NCBI GenBank assembly: GCA_964461245.1
Contig: CAYWTT010000003.1
Span: forward strand, 1 to 35,170
Direction of reading: 5' to 3'
Length of the DNA: 35,170 nucleotides
DNA from: an uncultured Prolixibacteraceae bacterium
GTDB lineage: Bacteria > Bacteroidota > Bacteroidia > Bacteroidales > Prolixibacteraceae
Numbering within the stretch: the first letter of the stretch is position 1; each line of letters begins with the position of its first letter. Shown here piece by piece: positions 18,491-27,973 of this stretch. A program made the translations under genes and the position numbers. A model generated the notes under the pieces. The model made no database searches. It saw only the letters and a list, made by a program, of their open reading frames with translations, and was not told the origin of the DNA.

Positions 18491-19228
18491 GTGTTTTATA
18501 AATTCATCCAAAGGATAAAACTCTTTTCCTCTCCCAGAAAAGAGTTTTATCTGTTTCTTAAAAACCTGATCGGTTTTTATCCTCAAAAACTCGTTTTTTA
18601 CGATATCGCCTTTACCCATCGCTCTTCTTCGAGAACCGATTCGCAAGGGCATGTGGTAAATAATGAACGCCTGGAATACTTGGGAGATGCCATCCTGGGT
18701 GCCGTTATTGCCGATTTTTTGTACAATCGTTTTCCTCAGGAAGACGAGGGATTCCTTACCAAAATGAGATCCAAACTGGTCAACCGGGCTACCCTGACCA
18801 ATTTGACTTATGAAATGGGACTCAATGTTTATATTGATTCGAATACCAACAATTCAGTTGAAAAGAGCCATATCTTCGGCGATGCCCTTGAAGCCCTCAT
18901 AGGCGCCATATACATCGACAAAGGATACGGGGCATCTAAATATTTCATCACCAAGAGAATATTGTCCCGCTATATCGATTTACGCGAACTTGAACAGCTA
19001 GACCTGAATTTCAAGAGTAAACTGATTGAATGGAGCCAGAAAAACAAACAGGAGGTTAAGTTCGAAACGGTGGAGGAATATACCGGCAACACCAAGCAAC
19101 CCAGATTTGTATCGGTGGTGGAGATTAACCACAAGGAAGTAGGAAGAGGAAACGGGGCATCCAAAAAGGAAGCTCAGCAAAACGCAGCCATGAAAGCACT
19201 CCAGAAAATGGAAATTTCTGTTCCTTGA
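18491..19228 (+). CDS. rnc: Ribonuclease III
   Basis: AFTHRS, NNERLEYLGDAILG signature, GDALEALIGAIY, C-terminal dsRBD (SKKEAQQNAA); GTG start. Confidence 0.96.
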   Translation: MFYKFIQRIKLFSSPRKEFYLFLKNLIGFYPQKLVFYDIAFTHRSSSRTDSQGHVVNNERLEYLGDAILGAVIADFLYNRFPQEDEGFLTKMRSKLVNRATLTNLTYEMGLNVYIDSNTNNSVEKSHIFGDALEALIGAIYIDKGYGASKYFITKRILSRYIDLRELEQLDLNFKSKLIEWSQKNKQEVKFETVEEYTGNTKQPRFVSVVEINHKEVGRGNGASKKEAQQNAAMKALQKMEISVP

Positions 19229-19255
19229 TGGTGGGAGTTAATCAATTCTTTTCAA

Positions 19256-19945
19256 ATGAACATTTACCTTGTGTATGGTCTGGGATTTTTGGGGCAGATG
19301 CTCTTTTTCAGCCGTACAATAATCCAGTGGTTCAAATCGGAAAACGAAGGAGAGGCCGTATCTCCGGTCCTGTTTTGGAAAATCAGCCTGGTAGCTTCCC
19401 AGCTGATGTTGTTCTACGGTATACTCCGGCATGACTTTGCCATTATGCTGGGCCAGTTCATCGTTTACTACATTTATGTCAGGAACCTGCAGCTGAAAAA
19501 TGCATGGAAGAATATTTTCCCGTTTTTCAGGTTGTTCATCATTGCTGTTCCCCTGCTGATTATTACCTGGCTGTGTACCAATAAGACGATCAACTTCACC
19601 ACCCTCTTCAAAAATGAGCAAATTCCCTTCTGGCTCCTGATCCTGGGTACCACCGGACAGGTCATCTTTTCGTTCCGGTTTGTATACCAGTGGATATACT
19701 CCGAGAAAGAGAAAGAGTCGGTTTTACCCGGTGTATTCTGGATGATCAGCATTCTGGGGGCCCTTATTATTTTCATTTATGCGATTTTCAGGCTCGATCC
19801 GGTATTGTTCCTCTCCAACCTGCTGGGTCTCTTCATATACGTCAGAAACCTGCTTCTCTGCTTCGGGAGGGGCAGCCTGGTCTCCCGAATGAACAACACG
19901 GCAATCCATAACCTGTCGAAAAAGATCAGCGACAAAATCAAATAA
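19256..19945 (+). CDS. Membrane protein with two lipid-A-biosynthesis N-terminal (LAB_N) repeats
   Basis: Repeated motif GQ.LF..R...QW..SE....V.P..FW.IS (GQMLFFSRTIIQWFKSE and GQVIFSFRFVYQWIYSE). Confidence 0.8.
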   Translation: MNIYLVYGLGFLGQMLFFSRTIIQWFKSENEGEAVSPVLFWKISLVASQLMLFYGILRHDFAIMLGQFIVYYIYVRNLQLKNAWKNIFPFFRLFIIAVPLLIITWLCTNKTINFTTLFKNEQIPFWLLILGTTGQVIFSFRFVYQWIYSEKEKESVLPGVFWMISILGALIIFIYAIFRLDPVLFLSNLLGLFIYVRNLLLCFGRGSLVSRMNNTAIHNLSKKISDKIK

Positions 19946-19993
19946 TGATGGGTCAGCCAGCGCTGTCTGACCGGATCAAACATGCAGGCTGCT

Positions 19994-21229
19994 TTACCAA
20001 TGAATGGTGTAAAGCCGCATCAGCATGGAATCTTTCACCGTCAGGAAATCAGCTTTCAGCTCTTTTTTAACCGGCTCGGAAGGAGGAGCTTCAACCTTCA
20101 GCGGATCGACCGGGGAACCGTTTTTATAAACCCGGAAATCAAGATGCGAACCTGTGGACAAGCCAGTAGAACCGACATATCCGATGACATCACCCTGCCG
20201 GACATGCCCTCCGGAAACGATACCTTTGGCAAAACCGGACAAGTGCATATAGACCGTCGTATACATCGAATTATGCCTGACTTTCACACAATTACCGGCT
20301 CCCCCCATATAGGATCTTTCAATTACAGTACCGTCCCCGATGGTCATCACCGGAGTTCCTTTCGGAGCTGCATAATCCACCCCGAAATGAGGCCTCCTGA
20401 TTTTCAGGATGGGATGCAGGCGGCTACCAGAAAACCGGGAACTGATTCTTGAGAACTGAAGGGGTGCTTTTAAAAAGGCTTTCCGGAGGTTTTCACCACG
20501 GTCATCGAAATAATCGGCTTTGTCTCCCTGGAAATATCGGAAAGCATAAAAACTTCTCCCCATGTGCTGAAATTCGGCAGCATGGATCGTCCCAATCCCG
20601 ATGGCTACAGAATCAACAAAGTGTTCCTCGTACATCACTCTGAAACGATCGCCCTTCTGAATCCCGAAAAAGTCTATGGTCCAGGCATAAATATCGGAAA
20701 GATCAAGGGCAAGCATGGGATCCAGGTGGTTGTCTTCAATGGTGTTCCACAAACTGGACTGGATAGTACCGCAAGCTGTCCGGTATTCCACCCTGACGTT
20801 CTTTTTCCCCGAATATATCGACATGCTGTCGGCGAGGTTGAAAACTACATAATCTACCCTGCTTCTTTCATAGACCAGGTAGCGGGCTTTTCGCAAGGAA
20901 TCAGGTGTCTGGAAAACATAGAAGTTCTGCCCGCTTTTAATTCTCCGCAGATCAAAAATTCCTTTCGAAGCACGGACCAATTGATCCACTTCTGTCATGG
21001 TCAGACCAAATCGGGTTAAGATCTCACCCAGATTCTGATCCGGTCTGATGACACCTTCCTCAATTCTGAAAGAATCGACGGGAATGCCAAACATAAGTTC
21101 CGGGGCAGGAATGGTCACAACCTGTTCTTTCCTGAACAAGGGAAGGCCCAGTTTTTCGGAAAAAACAAGTACGGCAAGGATTGACAGGGTGAGGGTAACA
21201 AACAGGATTTCCGCTACAAATTTCTTCAT
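19994..21229 (-). CDS. M23-family peptidoglycan DD-metalloendopeptidase (MepM/Csd3-like)
   Basis: N-terminal TM anchor; FLKAPL..SRISSRF, HFGVDYAAPKGTPV, YMHLS, GYVGSTGLSTGSHLDFR. Confidence 0.9.
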   Translation of the reverse strand: MKKFVAEILFVTLTLSILAVLVFSEKLGLPLFRKEQVVTIPAPELMFGIPVDSFRIEEGVIRPDQNLGEILTRFGLTMTEVDQLVRASKGIFDLRRIKSGQNFYVFQTPDSLRKARYLVYERSRVDYVVFNLADSMSIYSGKKNVRVEYRTACGTIQSSLWNTIEDNHLDPMLALDLSDIYAWTIDFFGIQKGDRFRVMYEEHFVDSVAIGIGTIHAAEFQHMGRSFYAFRYFQGDKADYFDDRGENLRKAFLKAPLQFSRISSRFSGSRLHPILKIRRPHFGVDYAAPKGTPVMTIGDGTVIERSYMGGAGNCVKVRHNSMYTTVYMHLSGFAKGIVSGGHVRQGDVIGYVGSTGLSTGSHLDFRVYKNGSPVDPLKVEAPPSEPVKKELKADFLTVKDSMLMRLYTIHW

Positions 21230-21230
21230 C

Positions 21231-22106
21231 TTACAACTTTAACTGATCAAAACCTTGCCCATAAACCCCCATCACGCTGCCCATGGAGATAAATGCGCCG
21301 GGATCGATCTCTTTGATTTTCCGGAATATGGCTCCGGTCTCCTTTTTTCTGACCACGGTAATTACCACTTTGACTTTTTCCTTGGTATACCATCCGATCC
21401 CATCCACCACCGTTACACCCCGGTATTTCTGCTGATTGATGTAATCGGCAATTTCATCGTATTTCTGGGAGAAAATAAGCATTTGTGCCGAGCGGTTGGC
21501 TCCACTGAGAACCGCATCCAGGGCATAGGAAGCCACCCCCATGGTTACATATCCATAAACCAGTTTATCGACCGATTTCAACACAAAAAAGGAGGAGGCG
21601 ATGATAATTACATCACAATACAGGATTATTCTTCCCGGACTGATGTTCCGGTATTTGTTGATCACAGCGGCAATGATATCCGTACCCCCCGTACTGCCGC
21701 CCCTGGAAAACACAATTCCCAACCCTATGCCGGAGATACCGCCTCCCAAAACTGCAGAGAGGAACAGATCATCGATCAGGGGTTCTTTTACAACCTGTTG
21801 GGTGAACGTCAGGGTAACCGATATGATCACCATGCTGTAGATCGTCTTGATCCCGAAATTAAATCCCAGTATACGGACAGAGATCAGCACCAGTACCACG
21901 TTGACCAGGAAGTAAGTCACACCCATCGGAAATCCGGTGGCATAATAGAGGACAGCGCCTACCCCGCTTACTCCGCCCGCGGTAATTTTAGCAGGAAGGA
22001 TGAAAAAGGTCCAGGAAATGGAAAAAAGAACCAGTCCGATAGAGATTATCAGATAGTCTTCAAAAAATCTGATCCTGTCTTTCAGCTGTTGCTTCATTAT
22101 CACCAA
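21231..22106 (-). CDS. YitT-family membrane protein (with DUF2179 C-terminal domain)
   Basis: GGVSG, GGSTGGTDIIA, RGVTVVDGIGWYT, IKEIDPGAFI motifs; multiple TM helices. Confidence 0.88.
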   Translation of the reverse strand: MVIMKQQLKDRIRFFEDYLIISIGLVLFSISWTFFILPAKITAGGVSGVGAVLYYATGFPMGVTYFLVNVVLVLISVRILGFNFGIKTIYSMVIISVTLTFTQQVVKEPLIDDLFLSAVLGGGISGIGLGIVFSRGGSTGGTDIIAAVINKYRNISPGRIILYCDVIIIASSFFVLKSVDKLVYGYVTMGVASYALDAVLSGANRSAQMLIFSQKYDEIADYINQQKYRGVTVVDGIGWYTKEKVKVVITVVRKKETGAIFRKIKEIDPGAFISMGSVMGVYGQGFDQLKL

Positions 22107-22108
22107 TC

Positions 22109-24760
22109 TCAGGAAACCACTATATTAATAATTTTCTGAGGAACAACAATGATCTTCCGGATGATTTTCCCTTCCAGATATCTCCCTGTTTTTTCAAAAC
22201 TTTTTACTGCAGCCTCTATTTCAGCTACTTCCATGGCAGCCGGCAATTCAATCTTAAATCTCATTTTCCCGTTGAATGAAACAGGATATTCAATGGTATC
22301 TTCCACCAGCAGGTTTTCGTTGACTTCAGGCCATTTTTCATAAGCCAGTGAGTTCTCATTCCCGTATAGCGACCATAACTCTTCGCCAAGATGCGGAGCG
22401 AACGGAGAGAGAATTTTGGTGAAAGCCTCCGCTGTCACACGGGTTACATGTCCTTTTTTCATCACATGGTTATTGAAAACCATCAGGAAGGAGATAGCCG
22501 TGTTGAATTTCAGGTTCTCAATCTCCTGGGAAACCCGGAATATCGTTTTATGCAACAGTTTTTCCGTATCCTCTTCTTCGGCTTCCGCAGAGATATTGGC
22601 CGGATCAGAGAAAAAACGATGAGCCCGGGTCAGGAAATTATGCACTCCTTTCACCCCGTTTTCCGTCCAGGGTTTCCGCTCATCCAAAGGTCCCATGAAC
22701 ATTTCATACAAGCGGAGTGAATCTGCTCCGTACTGTCTGACTACATCATCCGGGTTGATCACATTTTTAAGTGATTTTGACATTTTGGCCACGATCTGGC
22801 GCAACTCATCCCCCGTTTCCCGGTGAAAGTACCTGCCATCCCTTTCTTCCACCAGGTCGGAACTGACTTTGGCTCCCATTGCCGTCTCATATGCGAAAGC
22901 CAGGATCATCCCCTGGTTGAAAAGTTTGGTGAAAGGTTCGTCGGTGGAGACAATGCCGAGGTCGAACAGTACTTTATGCCAGAAGCGGCTGTATAAAAGG
23001 TGCAGAACGGCATGTTCTGCCCCCCCGATATAAAGGTCAACCGGCATCCAGTATTTTTCAAGTTGCGGATCAAAAATCCGCTCCTGATTCCGGGGATCTA
23101 CGAACCGCAGGTAATACCAGCATGAGCCGGCCCATTGCGGCATGGTATTGGTTTCGCGCCGTCCTTTCCGGCCCTTTCCATCTGTAACGCCAAGCCATTC
23201 CCGGGCGTTGGCCAAGGGTGATTCCCCACCCTCTCCCGGTTCATATCTCTCCAGTTCAGGAAGCCTGACCGGGAGATCGTCATCCAGGGTAACTTCGCCA
23301 TCATCCCAGTGGATGACAGGAAATGGTTCTCCCCAATAACGCTGACGGCTGAAAAGCCAGTCCCGAATCTTGTAATTGGTGGTGGCTTTACCCAGGTTAC
23401 GCTCCTCGAGCCAGCGAATAATGGTCTCTATCCCCTTCTCCTTGTTCATCCCGTTGATATCGAGACCTAAAACAGGATTGGCCGAATTGATATATGCACC
23501 GTCTTCCGTCCAGCAGGCAGAGCCGGCAAGCACCTTTTCACGGAGCTCACTTTCGGCCTTTACGGGATCAAGGATGCAGATAACCGGAATATTGAATTTC
23601 ATAGCAAACTCAAAGTCGCGGGTATCGTGCGCAGGAACAGCCATGATGGCACCGGTTCCGTAACCCATCAGCACGTAATCAGCAATCCAGATCGGTATGG
23701 GTAATCCTGTAACGGGATTGATGGCGTAACGACCCGTGAAAACACCAGTTTTGTCTTTGGCCAGCTCTGTCCGGTCAAGGTCCGATTTCAGGGAAGCGGC
23801 CTGCACATATTCATCCACGGCCTGTCTGTATTCGGGTGTGACCAGATCATCCACCAGCGGGTGCTCCGGGGAAACCACCATGTAAGTGGCACCAAAAAGG
23901 GTATCCGGGCGGGTGGTATATACCCTCAGTTTTTCGGAACTGCCTTCCAGCTTAAAATCGACTTCAGCACCCTGCGACTTACCGATCCAGTTGCGCTGCA
24001 TGTCTTTCACCCCCTCCGGCCAATCAAGCGACTCGAGCCCCTCCAGCAAACGCTCGGCATATTGTGGAATACGTAACAACCACTGTTTCAGGTTCTTCCT
24101 TACAACCTGATTCCCGCATTTCTCATGTGACCCATCAGCCAACACCTCTTCATTGGCACACACAGTGCGGCATGACTGGCACCACCACACCTGCGCATTG
24201 TCATAATAGGCAAGTCTTTTGTCATCGACATATCCCCTGACTGCCTCCCTACCCTGTTGTATGACCTCTTCCGGTATCGGAAGTTCACTTACGGGACGTC
24301 CTTTTTTCATTTCAGGATCGTACCAGGTATTGAACAGCCTGGAAAATATCCATTGTGTCCATTTAAAATATTCAGGATCGGTGGTATTGATCTCCCGGCT
24401 CCAGTCATAACTCAGTCCAAGCGACTTGATCTGCCGGCGGAAGGTATCACAGTTCTTCCGAGTGGTGACAGCCGGATGGGTTCCAGTCTGAATGGCATAT
24501 TGTTCGGCGGGAAGTCCGAATGCATCCCATCCCATCGGATGAAGCACATTGAAACCTTTCATCCGTTTGTACCTGCTGACAATATCCGTAGCAGTGTAAC
24601 CTTCCGGATGTCCCACATGCAATCCAGCTCCTGAAGGATAAGGGAACATGTCGAGAATGTAATATTTAGGTTTGGAAAAATCGTTCTCCGTTTGAAAGGT
24701 ATGGTTATCTTCCCAGTATTTCTGCCATTTTGGCTCAATATCCCAAAAATTGTATTCCAT
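22109..24760 (-). CDS. leuS: Leucine--tRNA ligase
   Basis: MFPYPSGAGLHVGH (HIGH), TTRPDTLFG, GYGTGAIMAVPAHD editing domain, DWLFSRQRYWG, KMSKS. TAACTTTG -7 element at 24794-24801. Confidence 0.98.
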   Translation of the reverse strand: MEYNFWDIEPKWQKYWEDNHTFQTENDFSKPKYYILDMFPYPSGAGLHVGHPEGYTATDIVSRYKRMKGFNVLHPMGWDAFGLPAEQYAIQTGTHPAVTTRKNCDTFRRQIKSLGLSYDWSREINTTDPEYFKWTQWIFSRLFNTWYDPEMKKGRPVSELPIPEEVIQQGREAVRGYVDDKRLAYYDNAQVWWCQSCRTVCANEEVLADGSHEKCGNQVVRKNLKQWLLRIPQYAERLLEGLESLDWPEGVKDMQRNWIGKSQGAEVDFKLEGSSEKLRVYTTRPDTLFGATYMVVSPEHPLVDDLVTPEYRQAVDEYVQAASLKSDLDRTELAKDKTGVFTGRYAINPVTGLPIPIWIADYVLMGYGTGAIMAVPAHDTRDFEFAMKFNIPVICILDPVKAESELREKVLAGSACWTEDGAYINSANPVLGLDINGMNKEKGIETIIRWLEERNLGKATTNYKIRDWLFSRQRYWGEPFPVIHWDDGEVTLDDDLPVRLPELERYEPGEGGESPLANAREWLGVTDGKGRKGRRETNTMPQWAGSCWYYLRFVDPRNQERIFDPQLEKYWMPVDLYIGGAEHAVLHLLYSRFWHKVLFDLGIVSTDEPFTKLFNQGMILAFAYETAMGAKVSSDLVEERDGRYFHRETGDELRQIVAKMSKSLKNVINPDDVVRQYGADSLRLYEMFMGPLDERKPWTENGVKGVHNFLTRAHRFFSDPANISAEAEEEDTEKLLHKTIFRVSQEIENLKFNTAISFLMVFNNHVMKKGHVTRVTAEAFTKILSPFAPHLGEELWSLYGNENSLAYEKWPEVNENLLVEDTIEYPVSFNGKMRFKIELPAAMEVAEIEAAVKSFEKTGRYLEGKIIRKIIVVPQKIINIVVS

Positions 24761-24806
24761 GGCGATATGCTTGTTCGTTCAAAAAATAAGGCGCAAAGTT
24801 AAAAAT

Positions 24807-24843
24807 AAAAGAGGCTGATTCAGAATTTTGAAACAGCCTCTTT
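24807..24843 (-). terminator. Hairpin terminator after the DUF4332 gene
   Basis: AAAGAGGCTG...CAGCCTCTTT 10-bp arms with an inner TTCA/TGAA pair. Confidence 0.8.
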
Positions 24844-24865
24844 CACAATTTTTGGATGATTCCAC

Positions 24866-25273
24866 TTAATAAGTTACCACAGGGGGCAGGCTCTTAGCCT
24901 GCTCGACAAAGTTAACCACCTGTTTCAGTGCAGGAACCGCCCGTGTGATCTTTTTTTCAGCCTGAACCTCCACAAGTTTGGCATGGAGATTCTCAGCATT
25001 GCGATTTCTGAGTTCCTTCACAGTGTCCACCCCCGCAGCCTCGAGGAGTTCCGAAAATTGCGGCCCAACTCCCTTGATCCGGAATAGATCTGCTTTGTTC
25101 ACCCAATTCAGTATTTTACTTTCATCTACACCTGACTCTTCAGCAATGGTTTTACGACCATTGCGACTGGCACCCTTTGCCAGCAGTCCTTCCACAGTAG
25201 TTACCCCAGCTTTCGCCAGTTTTTCAGCGAAAACCGGACCGATACCTTCAATTTCTGCAATTTTTTTTGCCAT
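24866..25273 (-). CDS. DUF4332 helix-hairpin-helix protein
   Basis: Two HhH-like motifs (IEGIGPVFAEKL, IKGVGPQFSELLEAAGVDTVKEL), WVNKADLFRI. Confidence 0.85.
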   Translation of the reverse strand: MAKKIAEIEGIGPVFAEKLAKAGVTTVEGLLAKGASRNGRKTIAEESGVDESKILNWVNKADLFRIKGVGPQFSELLEAAGVDTVKELRNRNAENLHAKLVEVQAEKKITRAVPALKQVVNFVEQAKSLPPVVTY

Positions 25274-25369
25274 GATCTTTTAGTTTTAATGGGTATTAAT
25301 CTGATTTTTGGTCTCAAATCATGAAAAACACGATTTCAGTTCTCTAAAATACTAAATTATATTGAGCTT

Positions 25370-25855
25370 CTAATATTCAATTTTGTTTGCCTTTTTTTCC
25401 CAGAGCTTGAAAACATTCAGCGTTTCCCGGAGAGGAAGTGATACTACCGGTAATTTCCTCTCACAGACAGGCAGAGCGATCTCATCATAAATAAAGGCAT
25501 CATCAAAGCCGGCCTTTGCCGCATCCTCCCGTCCTGATCCATAATACAATTTAGCCGGCCGGGCCCAGTATACGGCACCCAGGCACATGGGACACGGTTC
25601 GCAGCTGCTGTATATTTCACAACCGTTCAGCTGAAATGTTCCCAGCTTTTTACAGGCGTCACGGATTGCCATCACTTCAGCGTGGGCAGTCGGATCGTTG
25701 GAAGAGGTAACCTGATTGAAGCCTTCCCCGACGATTCTTCCATCTTTGACCACTACCGCCCCGAACGGTCCCCCAAGTCCATTTTCCACAGCATATACTG
25801 CCAGTTCAGCCGCCCGCTTCATGAAATGCTGCTTTTCGGAATCTTCATTATCCAT
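25370..25855 (-). CDS. Cytidine-deaminase-superfamily nucleoside/guanine deaminase (GuaD-like)
   Basis: GGPFGAVVVKDG, DPTAHAE, SCEPCPMCLGA zinc motifs; AGFDDAFIY tail. Confidence 0.88.
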   Translation of the reverse strand: MDNEDSEKQHFMKRAAELAVYAVENGLGGPFGAVVVKDGRIVGEGFNQVTSSNDPTAHAEVMAIRDACKKLGTFQLNGCEIYSSCEPCPMCLGAVYWARPAKLYYGSGREDAAKAGFDDAFIYDEIALPVCERKLPVVSLPLRETLNVFKLWEKKANKIEY

Positions 25856-26089
25856 ATTTTAATGAAATGATAAGTAAATTTAATCATTTAGTCCATTTTT
25901 CCGTTAATTCTGAACAAAATTTCCCCCTTTTTGAGAATCCCCCATCTTGTTAATGCGACCTTGAGAGCCGGCTGTTGCTGAAGGAATCAGTTTGTGCAGG
26001 TGAACCGGAGAAATAGGGAATGCAAAAGTTAAAATTGGATAATAACGTCTGAATCATTAAATTTGCTCAATAACCAGCAGAACTGAAGA

Positions 26090-26710
26090 ATGAAGAGCGA
26101 AGGTGCGGAGGTGTTTCTTTTTAACGAATTGAAAGCCGGAAATCCCCGTGCATTTGATTGCATATTCCGTGATTATTACTCTTTACTCTGCCGGTATTCC
26201 TATTCACTGGTCCGCGATAAGGACAATGCCCAAAGCTTGGTTCAAAACGCTTTTGTGCGATTGTGGGAAAACCGTTTTTCACTGGATCATGTGACCAACC
26301 TGCCTGCCTACCTGACCAGTATGGTCCGCAGTGAATCATTGAATTGGCTGCGTCATGAAAAACACAATCTGCATCTGGCCTCTCTTCCTCCCGATCTGAG
26401 ATCCGAAAATCCGCGTGAAGGTGACATACATGCATCCGATTTTACCGGGAAGCTGGTGATTTCGATCTCCACTTTGCCTGACCGGTGCAGGGAAGCCTTT
26501 GAAATGAGCCGTTTTGATAACCTGACCGCCCGGGAAATCGCCGATAGAATGGGTATTTCGGTGAAGGGAGTGGAAGCATTGATCACCCGGGCACTGAAAT
26601 CCCTTCGCGCTGAATTATCTGAATTTCTGCCCAGTCGCGAAGGAAAAGAAGAAAAGGGTTGCATCCTCTTTTTACTTCTCCGGAATTTCTGTAAAAAGGC
26701 ATTTTCATAA
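26090..26710 (+). CDS. ECF sigma-70 factor (Bacteroidota expansion family)
   Basis: AFDCIFRDYY, VQNAFVRLWENR (region 2), LPDRCREAFEMSR...EIADRMGISVKGVE (region 4). TAAATTTG at 26058-26065. Confidence 0.92.
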   Translation: MKSEGAEVFLFNELKAGNPRAFDCIFRDYYSLLCRYSYSLVRDKDNAQSLVQNAFVRLWENRFSLDHVTNLPAYLTSMVRSESLNWLRHEKHNLHLASLPPDLRSENPREGDIHASDFTGKLVISISTLPDRCREAFEMSRFDNLTAREIADRMGISVKGVEALITRALKSLRAELSEFLPSREGKEEKGCILFLLLRNFCKKAFS

Positions 26711-26783
26711 ATTTTTAAAAAAAAACGATTTTCCATATAGGGTATGCCATACCCTGATGTTTCATTATTATAGAACAAATGAA

Positions 26784-27839
26784 ATGAAAGCTGTTTTAGA
26801 CATCAACGATATAATTGTCAGGTCATTCACTGAAAAGTTGACCGAAGAGGAAAGGCTTTTTCTGGAAAAATGGAAATCTGAAAGTTCTGAAAATATATCG
26901 GAGTACCATGATTATGAGGCCATATGGGCTGAATCGGGAAAGCTAGCCGGCACTTTGGAGATCGACCTGCCTGGGTCCATGGAACGGATCCGGAGGAGAA
27001 CCGGGATTGACCGCTTTATTTTCATCCGTAAGTTTTTTTTGTTACAGGCCGCAGCAGTATTGGTTCTGGCTGTCCTGATTACTTCCGTGTATTCCTGGAT
27101 ACAGGAAAAAAAGGACATTCCGGGAGAAGAATTGATGGCTTACCAGGAGGTGAAAGCACCTTACGGAACCCAAACCCGTCTGGAACTTCATGACGGTACC
27201 GTTGTTTTCCTCAATTCCGGAAGCATATTGAAATTCCCTGTTGCATTCAGGGAAAACGTTTCAAGGAAAGTATGGTTAACCGGTGAAGGTTTCTTTGAAG
27301 TAAAAAAAGAGGATAATAAAACTCCGTTTGTGGTGGATGCCGGATCATTGCTGATCAACGTAACCGGTACCCGTTTCAACGTGGACGCTTACCCCGGGAA
27401 TCAGGAGATCTCGGTAGCTTTGGCAGAGGGAGAGGTGATCCTTCAAAAGGAAAAGCAGAGTGAAATCACAGACCTGACCACGCTGAAACCCAGGGAAGTG
27501 GCATACTGGGATTCGGCAGGCAATAAAATGAATATCATCCAGCACACTGACTTGGAAAAGTACATTGCCTGGACCGAAGGAAAGATCATTTTCAGCGATG
27601 ATCCGATCCGGACTGTAATACAAAAGCTGGAGAATTGGTATAATGTCGATATTGAAATTGCCGACAGCAGGGTCATGAAATACCGCTTCACCGGAGTTTT
27701 CTTTGATGAACCGCTGAATCAGGTACTTCATCTGCTCAGCATCTCTTCGGGTATGGAATATATTGTTATTCCTGCCGTAAAGCAAAACGACAATTCCTAT
27801 TCAAAACGCAAAATCATCTTAAAATCGAAAAGAACATGA
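26784..27839 (+). CDS. FecR-family anti-sigma factor
   Basis: One TM helix; LHDGTVVFLNSGS, LTGEGFFEV, VTGTRFNV, LENWYNVDI. Start 26784 (MKAVLD) is preferred over 26757. Confidence 0.92.
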   Translation: MKAVLDINDIIVRSFTEKLTEEERLFLEKWKSESSENISEYHDYEAIWAESGKLAGTLEIDLPGSMERIRRRTGIDRFIFIRKFFLLQAAAVLVLAVLITSVYSWIQEKKDIPGEELMAYQEVKAPYGTQTRLELHDGTVVFLNSGSILKFPVAFRENVSRKVWLTGEGFFEVKKEDNKTPFVVDAGSLLINVTGTRFNVDAYPGNQEISVALAEGEVILQKEKQSEITDLTTLKPREVAYWDSAGNKMNIIQHTDLEKYIAWTEGKIIFSDDPIRTVIQKLENWYNVDIEIADSRVMKYRFTGVFFDEPLNQVLHLLSISSGMEYIVIPAVKQNDNSYSKRKIILKSKRT

Positions 27840-27874
27840 CCTAATAAATCATTTGCCTATGATTATATGAGACC

Positions 27875-27962
27875 AAAAAAAAACAGGAAAGTGTTGGCTG
27901 CACCTCCCTGTTTCAGCTATACCCTGCGCAAAGCAGGAGAATAATGAAGTATTAAAATAAAT
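27875..27962 (-). ncRNA. Candidate cis-antisense sRNA against the susC leader (DonS-like)
   Basis: Minus-strand -7 element TAAATTTG (27974-27967) overlaps the susC ATG; internal hairpin CCTGC/GCAGG; terminator AAACAGGGAGGTG-CAGCCAA-CACTTTCCTGTTT plus T tract, fully paired only on the minus strand. Confidence 0.7.
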
Positions 27963-27973
27963 CAAACAAATTT

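Noticed and set aside
20135-20160. HLD instead of HxH in the M23 peptidase as a sign of inactivation
   Set aside because: Asp can ligate zinc, the HxxxD motif is intact, and from memory HLDF is common in Bacteroidota homologs.
21255-22139. 294-aa plus-strand ORF
   Set aside because: Antisense shadow of yitT with no recognisable domain.
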